Virus record (IMG/VR): IMGVR_UViG_3300017780_003104
Span: 32,001 to 96,000 of that record
Reading direction: 5' to 3' (one strand)
Length of the DNA: 64,000 nucleotides
Source: a virus
Taxonomy: Duplodnaviria; Caudoviricetes
Of the stretch, positions 35,652 to 43,571 are shown piece after piece. The notes beneath the pieces were generated by a model. The model searched no databases. It saw nothing but the letters and a program-made list of their open reading frames with translations, and had not been told where the DNA came from. Numbering within the stretch: the first letter of the stretch is position 1; each line of letters begins with the position of its first letter. The translations under genes and the position numbers were made by a program.

Positions 35652-36803
35652 TTATGGAGTTTCAACGTCCAATTTTAAAGTTGAGTAAATAGTTAAGTTT
35701 CTACTACCCGCTGCTATTGCTATTGGTGTATCATATTCGATTATACATGATATTACGGGTGGTACTGATGCATCACCGACCAATATTTGTTTAATTGGAG
35801 TTGCATCAGATGTGAATGCTCCAAATGCACTTAATAGACTGGTTGCATTATAGTCAATATCAGCTAGGTTATTTCTGGTGGTTGTGCTTATTGTATATTT
35901 CGCAGTCACACTTGGTCTATATGTGGTGGATCGCATCGCTGATAAAAATGGTACTTTATTTGCATCAGTTAGTAGATAAATTCTAGTATTGACCCCAGTA
36001 TGTCCTGTGCCAAGAGAGTATTCATCTCTATCATATGGAATGGTTCGTTGCATTTTACCAGATCCCACCAATCCAGTTATGGGTGATACCGCAAATACTC
36101 TCGGAGCGTCTACATTAAATGTTATTGAATACTGGTAGTCTGGTATCACAAGAGCATCACCCACATCCAACCTTATAGGTGGAACGATATCTATATACCC
36201 TCCATGGAAACTAGTATCATGATATGTTATTCGATATATATCATATGTCGAGAATGTCGGTGGGAATTGGGCAGATAAATTTACACTATATATTCCAGAT
36301 GTGCTTAATGAGGTATAATATGGATCAGTAGTAATTACACCTAGGTTTGTTTGCTTCACTAAAGTATTCGATGTCATATTAATTCCATATCCAACGGATT
36401 CTGTTTTGTGTAATCGAACTATCGAACTTGGTTCAGATCCAGTTACACTAATAGGACAAGATGAGAATGTTGTCGTTCCAGTAGTTTTGTAACATTTAAA
36501 ACCAGATGGGAATTCGAACAACGACCCATTGGGGATAGTTAAAAGTGATACGGGGTTGATACCATATAATATTTTGCCTGTTACATAGTAAGTTCCAGAT
36601 AATGTCGAGGAACCATACCCAAGATCATCGGTGTTATCATATGTTGAGAAGGTTCTAGGGTCAGACATGTAAAGTCTTCTCCATGTTAAACCCTTATTCA
36701 CTAATCCCCCCAATACGTTATGGTATTTTCCATAATTCACCAATGATCCATCATTTTTTATGACAGATATATCTATAACCGCTCCTAATTTCGCATTATT
36801 CAT
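35652..36803 (-). CDS. putative tail/baseplate appendage protein; paralogue of 34487..35614
   Basis: Whole-length motif correspondence with 34487..35614; beta-rich, Thr/Ser-rich. Confidence 0.6.
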   Translation of the reverse strand: MNNAKLGAVIDISVIKNDGSLVNYGKYHNVLGGLVNKGLTWRRLYMSDPRTFSTYDNTDDLGYGSSTLSGTYYVTGKILYGINPVSLLTIPNGSLFEFPSGFKCYKTTGTTTFSSCPISVTGSEPSSIVRLHKTESVGYGINMTSNTLVKQTNLGVITTDPYYTSLSTSGIYSVNLSAQFPPTFSTYDIYRITYHDTSFHGGYIDIVPPIRLDVGDALVIPDYQYSITFNVDAPRVFAVSPITGLVGSGKMQRTIPYDRDEYSLGTGHTGVNTRIYLLTDANKVPFLSAMRSTTYRPSVTAKYTISTTTRNNLADIDYNATSLLSAFGAFTSDATPIKQILVGDASVPPVISCIIEYDTPIAIAAGSRNLTIYSTLKLDVETP

Positions 36804-36810
36804 CTTATAA

Positions 36811-37389
36811 TTATGTCAATCTTCCAGCTAAGTTCCATATTGCTCCAGTATTATCACTCAAGGAATCGAATATAACATCACCCATAATACCAGATAATCC
36901 ATATACCATACCAGAAGTATCAGTCTCTGTCACATCATATGTATTCCCCATAATACCAGATAATCCATATACCATACCAGAAGTATCAGTTAATATAATA
37001 TCGGATTCGTTTTGACCAACTCCATATAATGTCCCATTTTGCGGGGATTCTAAAACTAATGAAAATACATGAGTGCTACTAACTCCCAAATAGGCTGATG
37101 AGGATTTACCACTATCAAAGTATTGAGAAGACCCATTACCCATAACATACCCACTAATACTATGAGTTGCACTATTTGGATAAGACCCACTGGTACCAGT
37201 TTTTAAACATATCGAATTTGCAGTCGCATTTCCCCAAACTGGGAACCACATAAAGTTATGTAAAGACCATCTACCAGATACTTTCTCGGCAAAAATGAAA
37301 TAATCAATGGCACTTATTTTAAATTCTGGAACCGCTGATCCCATAGCACTTTCAATTGCAGCTACATATATGAGAGTTTCGGGTTCCAT
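36811..37389 (-). CDS. putative tail-associated protein with an internal duplication
   Basis: Structural-block context; TDTSGMVYGLSGIMG occurs twice. Confidence 0.55.
   Translation of the reverse strand: MEPETLIYVAAIESAMGSAVPEFKISAIDYFIFAEKVSGRWSLHNFMWFPVWGNATANSICLKTGTSGSYPNSATHSISGYVMGNGSSQYFDSGKSSSAYLGVSSTHVFSLVLESPQNGTLYGVGQNESDIILTDTSGMVYGLSGIMGNTYDVTETDTSGMVYGLSGIMGDVIFDSLSDNTGAIWNLAGRLT
36881..36990. repeat. exact 44-bp direct repeat, period 66 nt
   Basis: Copies at 36881-36924 and 36947-36990. Confidence 0.9.
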
Positions 37390-37391
37390 TT

Positions 37392-38591
37392 TTAGAATTT
37401 AAGTTTTTCACATCCATCATCACACTTTATTATAGTGGTTGTTGTGGTTGTAGTGGTTGTAGTGGTTGTAGTTGTCGTAGTTGTCGGTGCTAATGTAGTT
37501 ATGATAGGTTTAAACTTATCAATATTTAATGGTGGGTTGGTTGATATCAACTGAGGATTAGATAACTGGGATTTTGGTAATATATATTTTGGATATTCTG
37601 TATTATATTCTGGAACTCTTTTAGAGCATGGGCATGCTATATTAGTAGGTTCTGGTGTTGTTGTTGTAGTAGTAGTAGGTTCTGGTGTTGTTGTTATTGT
37701 TGTTATTGGTGTAGGATCTACTATACAAATTTTATTAATCCAAAGATTACCTTGTGGGACGTAATGAGTTCTCTGATATAGTCCCGTATAGGTCCATATA
37801 GCACTTATATGATTATTGGTGAAAACTTCGCTTTCACCATATAGAGTTTCATTGAAGGATGGTAATACTATAATGGTTGGTGTTGGTATTGGTGCTGGGT
37901 TAACGTTTTGTAACACATAGTCATAAGATATATTTGCTAATACGAACCCCACTCCAACAGTCCTTTCAATTAATTCATCCCCATAAGAAGGGTTATATAC
38001 ATCACCTTTATATAAGCTTATTGTAGGCCCCAAACTCCTATACCAAGTTTCATCTGGTTTTGGAAATCCTCCCTCAGTGTTTTCTGGTACGAATGTAATT
38101 TCAACATAGTGTGGAGATGAGATCACTCCACTAACAGATCTTGCATAGTACAATATCGGGTAATCATCTAGTATATTGACAGTAACTGGTAATCTAACTT
38201 CAATATAATTTGGGTTAAACACCTCCCAACCCAACCCAACCCCAACAGTTTGAGTGATGGTAACATCTCCTAAATTATAAGTGTGACCAGCAGTAACATG
38301 TATTGATGGATCTGTAGGTATAAGAAATTGATACTCATTATTAATACCATCAATATTAAGTAGATCGTATGTCCCATCGGCGCAATACTTAACACCTTCC
38401 ACTGTTATCGTTGTATTCTCAATGGTATCGTCATAACCAAGTGCAACTTGGCCATCTATAGCCACAGTCATGATAGACATTTCACCATTAAGATAGCTAA
38501 TATCTGTAGATATAAATGATCGAATAACCCCATAATTACAATAATGGTAATCTTTTGGATCTGGGTATTGTATACTAGGATCTGTTGGCAT
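37392..38591 (-). CDS. mucin-like Thr-rich virion protein, C-x3-C-x2-LKF family member 2
   Basis: TTTPEPTTTTTTTPEP, CPCSKRVP, long poly-Thr run, ends KCDDGCEKLKF*. Confidence 0.7.
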   Translation of the reverse strand: MPTDPSIQYPDPKDYHYCNYGVIRSFISTDISYLNGEMSIMTVAIDGQVALGYDDTIENTTITVEGVKYCADGTYDLLNIDGINNEYQFLIPTDPSIHVTAGHTYNLGDVTITQTVGVGLGWEVFNPNYIEVRLPVTVNILDDYPILYYARSVSGVISSPHYVEITFVPENTEGGFPKPDETWYRSLGPTISLYKGDVYNPSYGDELIERTVGVGFVLANISYDYVLQNVNPAPIPTPTIIVLPSFNETLYGESEVFTNNHISAIWTYTGLYQRTHYVPQGNLWINKICIVDPTPITTITTTPEPTTTTTTTPEPTNIACPCSKRVPEYNTEYPKYILPKSQLSNPQLISTNPPLNIDKFKPIITTLAPTTTTTTTTTTTTTTTTTIIKCDDGCEKLKF

Positions 38592-38594
38592 AAT

Positions 38595-39773
38595 TTAAAA
38601 CTTTAAAACTTTACAATTATTTAAACATTCGGTAGTTGGTATTAGGGTTGTGGTGGTTGTGGTGGTTGTAGTGGTTGTAGTTGGCTTTAGTGTAGTTGTT
38701 ACGATTATACCCGTATATATCTGTTTCTGGGGAGGATTATTTAAATTTATAATGGGTTGATCAATATATATTGAGTTATCGAATTTAAAATTTGGATTTC
38801 CAGATGGTGTCGATGGAACCTCTGGTAAACATACCTCACAAGGACCAGATGATGGGGAGGGTGTAGTAGTGGTAGTAGTGGTAGTAGTAGTAGTTGGTAT
38901 TGGGGTGGTACCAATAGGCGGAATAACATCACAATTCACCGTCATATCACCAACCGAACATGCAAATCTTGAATGATTATATATTGGTAGCCCTTGTGGT
39001 GGTTGTACATCCCATCCAAGATCACCTTCACCATATACATGAATATATATGGTGTAAGGTAAGTATACTTGCTTAGTTAAATATCCATCGGGCCTAGCTC
39101 CTTCAATGTCTACTTGATTTGTATACGGTATAGTTACCCTAACTGTTGTATTAGTGGTTTCACATGGATGTAATGATTTTAGATTAATCGATTGTAAAGT
39201 TCCTTCGGGGTCATCTAGTAAACCCCCCGAATGGCTAAAAATTACAAAAGATGATGTTCCGCCTATTGTTGGGGTTATCGTCGCTTCCTCTACTAATTCT
39301 GCCGCATAATTATTGTAAGAACTACCAAATGTTGGATTATTATTATTAATATTTCCAGATATTGTCATGACAATATACACAAGATATTCAACTCTATCGT
39401 ATTTTGCACCACCATTGAATCCTTCGCCGAATTCATCGCCAAGGTAGTACTCGTAATCATGATCCGGTAGAGGTATACTGGTTGTGGTTGGCGGATTTAG
39501 TGGTGTATTTACACCATAATCTGTTTTATATATCCAGTAGTTAAATCCTCCGTATATAAGATTAAGAGAATTTATTAATCCATCCCTTATATATTTCGTA
39601 CCTACTACATCTATCGTGGTGTCGGTATGGGGGCCATATAAGGGATCACCGGGAGCTACACATGGTTCAGATGTGAATGCTGTGATGCGCTGGTCTATTA
39701 ATGCATTATAATTTCCATCAGTTGGGTGGAGCCAACTAACTTCGGGTCTATGCACTATAAATGTCGAAGGCAT
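38595..39773 (-). CDS. mucin-like Thr-rich virion protein, C-x3-C-x2-LKF family member 3
   Basis: Two poly-Thr runs, CEVCLPEVP, ends ECLNNCKVLKF*; N-domain similar to member 2 (TTI.V.G.KY..DG). Confidence 0.7.
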   Translation of the reverse strand: MPSTFIVHRPEVSWLHPTDGNYNALIDQRITAFTSEPCVAPGDPLYGPHTDTTIDVVGTKYIRDGLINSLNLIYGGFNYWIYKTDYGVNTPLNPPTTTSIPLPDHDYEYYLGDEFGEGFNGGAKYDRVEYLVYIVMTISGNINNNNPTFGSSYNNYAAELVEEATITPTIGGTSSFVIFSHSGGLLDDPEGTLQSINLKSLHPCETTNTTVRVTIPYTNQVDIEGARPDGYLTKQVYLPYTIYIHVYGEGDLGWDVQPPQGLPIYNHSRFACSVGDMTVNCDVIPPIGTTPIPTTTTTTTTTTTPSPSSGPCEVCLPEVPSTPSGNPNFKFDNSIYIDQPIINLNNPPQKQIYTGIIVTTTLKPTTTTTTTTTTTTLIPTTECLNNCKVLKF

Positions 39774-40472
39774 TTACACTGGATTTGCTGTTATACCAGA
39801 TATTGTGGTATATTGATTAATTATATACGAACTTAGCGGTATATATGGAATCGTCTCATACGTTGGGGCTATTATACCTCCTTGAGCATGGAAATCTTTA
39901 ACGAACATAGTCGATGGAGTTACAACAGTATTAATCGGGGAGCAGAATGTGAATCCGGGGTGAAGTGGAAGACTTAAATTTGGCGAAGTTAACGCCACAC
40001 TGGTCAATGTTATATAATTGGATGTTCCAACCCTATAATCGACAGATATTTTCTTTCCACCATTAGTATATCTAAATCTGAGAGTCTGGAATGTTTTATC
40101 TGGTTGTGTTAATATAAAATCTTTAGATAATGATGATAGAGACTCATTTAAAATGACTTCATTGCTAGAATTTCTTATAATTAAGGCATTTTGCTTAATT
40201 GCACTTAGAGCAACACCCGGATGCGGACCTATTGGTAGAGCAAACCTGCCAGTTGTATCAAAAGCAACTGCAAATATACCATTTGGCACGTTTGTATTAC
40301 TATAATAACCTAGTGAATCACCCCCAACGCACGATAATGCGGTGTTACTTAGACTTAAAAATGATGTAAATCCATGTTCCTCACCAGATAATGAGAATGT
40401 GAAACTCCATGCTATATCCCAATGTGGATTATAGTCGTATTTACTGTCTAAAAATCCATATAATTTATCCAT
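39774..40472 (-). CDS. legume (L-type) lectin / ConA-like domain protein
   Basis: WSFTFSL, HGFTSFL, GGDSLGY, IFAVAFDT (cf. legume-lectin VAVEFDT). Confidence 0.55.
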   Translation of the reverse strand: MDKLYGFLDSKYDYNPHWDIAWSFTFSLSGEEHGFTSFLSLSNTALSCVGGDSLGYYSNTNVPNGIFAVAFDTTGRFALPIGPHPGVALSAIKQNALIIRNSSNEVILNESLSSLSKDFILTQPDKTFQTLRFRYTNGGKKISVDYRVGTSNYITLTSVALTSPNLSLPLHPGFTFCSPINTVVTPSTMFVKDFHAQGGIIAPTYETIPYIPLSSYIINQYTTISGITANPV

Positions 40473-40473
40473 T

Positions 40474-41559
40474 TTAGAAATCTATGGTTAGGCATATATT
40501 AGCATTTTTAGTCACACCAGAAGAATTTATAACTTTAATTTCACATGATGATAGATCTGTTGCCGTCACTCTGGCCGAACAATCCAAGGCATCAGAACCA
40601 ACTATAGTAGCCATTGGGATATAATTAGTAGTTATAGGGAGGAATGTGACTTTATAATGACCAGTGGCTAGTGTTGAGTAACTTATAACATGTCTACTAA
40701 ATACACCACCTCCAGATAATGCATTATACTTAAATAAAAGTTTACTACTACGAATGGTTACATTATTAGTTAATGTTGAGATTTCTGTCCCAGTTGATGT
40801 TAATCCGTTAACCAATGAATATAATCCATGTTCGATAGTGACAGTTTTATCTGATACGAGACTTGCAGGAATATTACCCAAAGCAATCTTCCCATTTTGG
40901 ATATATAACGGTGATGATAGAGCATCTTGGGATATACTATAAGAAGATAATGGATTTAGTGCTATTTTTCCACCAATAACTGATAGGGGTGAGGTTACTG
41001 CGCTATTCGATATATAACCAGCAGGAATACTACCCAATACTATCTTACCATTTTGGATATATAAAGGTGCTGAAAGGGCATCTTGTGATATGCTATAAGC
41101 CGATAATGGATTTAGTGCTATTCTTCCACCACTAACTGATAGGGGTGAGGTTAATAAATCCTGAGATATTGAATTGGCTGATAATGGATTTAAAACTATA
41201 GAATTAGCTGATGATATGGATATGAAACGAGAACCACTATATGATCCCCCAATTGATTTCCAATCACTGATAGTTGCACCATTATTAGCCGATAAAACAT
41301 ATAATGTATTATGTTGAGATGAAAATCCAAAGTCTCCAATAATTGCGGGTTGGATCGCAGAATCCGTTATCAATGGTGATATACCTTTGAACTTATTTCC
41401 TGCGATAACACCACCAACGGTGTAACCATTACCCACAAATAATCGTTCTTGATCTGTTGTAAACCCTAATTCCCCCGAATCTAGGGTAATTTGAGTTCGA
41501 TCAAAATTCGAACCTTGACGAACCTTTAATTTAATAATTGAATTGTTTAAAATTTCCAT
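40474..41559 (-). CDS. tail fibre-like protein with Mtd_N-like N-terminus and 52-aa internal repeats
   Basis: LKVRQG...LDSGELGFTTDQERLFVGNG; repeated LNPLS.YSISQDALS.PLYIQNGKI. Confidence 0.6.
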   Translation of the reverse strand: MEILNNSIIKLKVRQGSNFDRTQITLDSGELGFTTDQERLFVGNGYTVGGVIAGNKFKGISPLITDSAIQPAIIGDFGFSSQHNTLYVLSANNGATISDWKSIGGSYSGSRFISISSANSIVLNPLSANSISQDLLTSPLSVSGGRIALNPLSAYSISQDALSAPLYIQNGKIVLGSIPAGYISNSAVTSPLSVIGGKIALNPLSSYSISQDALSSPLYIQNGKIALGNIPASLVSDKTVTIEHGLYSLVNGLTSTGTEISTLTNNVTIRSSKLLFKYNALSGGGVFSRHVISYSTLATGHYKVTFLPITTNYIPMATIVGSDALDCSARVTATDLSSCEIKVINSSGVTKNANICLTIDF

Positions 41560-41565
41560 AATATA

Positions 41566-42864
41566 TTAGTAAGCGAATATTGGTATTGCAAATCTACCCA
41601 CTTGTTGACCGGATCTAGTTGTAGTATTTCCTTCAAATGTGATAAATCCAGCAGAAGATAATGTTATAACAGATCCATTTGATGATAACGCAGTAAATTG
41701 AGTTATCATCACACCAGTTAGAGGTCCATTTATAGTATGTGATGGACTACCATTAAATAATGCAGATAATGAGTTACTAGAATTGAATGAACTTAATGCG
41801 GAGTTACCGGACAGTGTTCCATATATAGAAGATACTTGAGATGTTACTCTACCAAACGTATCTACTACAATTTGTGGTAGCTGATTAGTTCCAGAAGAAT
41901 TTAAGGTACTTAAGCTTATAACACCAGCATCAGTTTTAACTATAGTATTATTATCTACGTTAGTTAGTGTAGTAGAAATCGAAGATGTGGTGGTGCTGTA
42001 AGTTAAACCACTTCCAAACCACGATGAACTTAAATCAGTGAATCTTAGACTATATGGTAATGGAATATCAGTTTTTAAGCTTATAACACCAGCATCAGTC
42101 TTTATTATAGTAGCATTATCTACGTTAGTTAGTGTGGTCGATAATGAAGATGTTGTTAAACTATAAGTTAAACCACTTCCAAACCACGATGAACTTAAAT
42201 CAGAGAATCTTAGACTATATGGTAAGGGAGTATCAGTTTTCAATGATATAAAATTACCATTAAACTTTAAGAAATTTGTATCTAGATCTACATTTACTAT
42301 ACTTCCAGATCCACCACTCAATCCAAGTCCAAAAGAAGACGATAACATCTCAACTTCTGTTACACCACCAGCTGCTAATTTTAATTTATTAGTGCTTATA
42401 GTGAAATCACCAGTGTCGTAATTCAGTTGTAATATATCTGAGTCTATTTTAATCCCATTACTGATTGTAGTTGGATCTAAATATTTAGATTTTATGGATG
42501 ATAAATTTATTACCAATTGATTGTTTGCATCATAACTAAAAATCGAAGGATCTGCCGATAATCGACCTATAATGGTCCAAGAATTTATATTACTATAATC
42601 TGGAGATGTTAATTGATATAATGTACCTTCAACCGGAACGACATCTCCGATTTCAGATTTAATTGCCAACATCGAAGAGACGGTATATCCATATGGGAAT
42701 ATTTTACTCCCGGTGGGTTTACCACCAAGAGTGACTCCATCACCAACATAAAGTCTGGTAGTGTCCAGTGTGTGTGCTAACTCGCCTTGATCAAATACTA
42801 TTAATTTTCTTTGATCATCGGTGCCTCTTCTGGCTTTTATCTTCGATATTTTAATTTCTGGCAT
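41566..42864 (-). CDS. tail fibre-like protein with Mtd_N-like N-terminus and two 55-aa repeats
   Basis: IKARRG...FDQGELAHTLDTTRLYVGDG; 165-nt period repeat at about 41910-42240; VDTFGRVT fibre motif. Confidence 0.6.
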   Translation of the reverse strand: MPEIKISKIKARRGTDDQRKLIVFDQGELAHTLDTTRLYVGDGVTLGGKPTGSKIFPYGYTVSSMLAIKSEIGDVVPVEGTLYQLTSPDYSNINSWTIIGRLSADPSIFSYDANNQLVINLSSIKSKYLDPTTISNGIKIDSDILQLNYDTGDFTISTNKLKLAAGGVTEVEMLSSSFGLGLSGGSGSIVNVDLDTNFLKFNGNFISLKTDTPLPYSLRFSDLSSSWFGSGLTYSLTTSSLSTTLTNVDNATIIKTDAGVISLKTDIPLPYSLRFTDLSSSWFGSGLTYSTTTSSISTTLTNVDNNTIVKTDAGVISLSTLNSSGTNQLPQIVVDTFGRVTSQVSSIYGTLSGNSALSSFNSSNSLSALFNGSPSHTINGPLTGVMITQFTALSSNGSVITLSSAGFITFEGNTTTRSGQQVGRFAIPIFAY

Positions 42865-42879
42865 ATTGAATATATCTAA

Positions 42880-43542
42880 TTACGCTGTTCTCTTCCAAAT
42901 ATATAGACCAAATGATGGTGGCATGTTATTATGTGCGCCACTACCACCAGCACTTGGTAACACTCCCATATATCTTCCATCCTTTGAATCGTCCGGTCCA
43001 TCGCTTCTAAATCTCGACTCAGTGGTTGGACTTGATTCATTACGATCATTGAACAAATAGAACTGTTCTCCATCTGAAGCTTTAAGACTATGAGTGTGTG
43101 ATGGCATTTCCGATTCGGAAAGGGTGTGTCTATATTCTCCAGAATTTTCCCCCCCGGCTATAGTTACACTAACCCCATTAGAATCAACTCCAGTGCCAAT
43201 CCCTGCGACAAACATCCCCTCACTTATACGAACCCATGTTCCACCCATCGAGTAACCGGGATTTAAATCAACCGCTGTGAAATACACAGTATGGACTGGA
43301 AAAAAACGATTTAAAAGTGTCGTATACTCAGCCTCTGTGTCTACATTTTCGATAACTAACGATCCCACTGTTAATTGTCCACAAATTCTAGCCCCATTAC
43401 AAGTTCTACCTAGACTGAAGGAACTTTCGTTGCCAAGACCATCATACATGGGGGTAAGCCCAGTTTCAGGTAAAGGTTGACCCCCTGAATGTAATAAACC
43501 ATCGAAGGTATCTGCGATATATGTATCTGATAAAGAACTCAT
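42880..43542 (-). CDS. baseplate/tail-collar protein (gp10 C-terminal-like)
   Basis: FPVHTVY...NPG..MGGTW, HTLSESEMPSHTH, HNNMPP..GLYIWKRTA; TAAATA upstream. Confidence 0.7.
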   Translation of the reverse strand: MSSLSDTYIADTFDGLLHSGGQPLPETGLTPMYDGLGNESSFSLGRTCNGARICGQLTVGSLVIENVDTEAEYTTLLNRFFPVHTVYFTAVDLNPGYSMGGTWVRISEGMFVAGIGTGVDSNGVSVTIAGGENSGEYRHTLSESEMPSHTHSLKASDGEQFYLFNDRNESSPTTESRFRSDGPDDSKDGRYMGVLPSAGGSGAHNNMPPSFGLYIWKRTA

Positions 43543-43571
43543 TGTTTTTATTTAGTTTAAGAACTGTTTTT

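Noticed and set aside
40474-42864. Diversity-generating retroelement or invertible tail-fibre cassette, suggested by Mtd_N-like domains and repeats
   Set aside because: No reverse transcriptase, no adenine-mismatched TR/VR pair, no recombinase or inverted crossover sites in the window.
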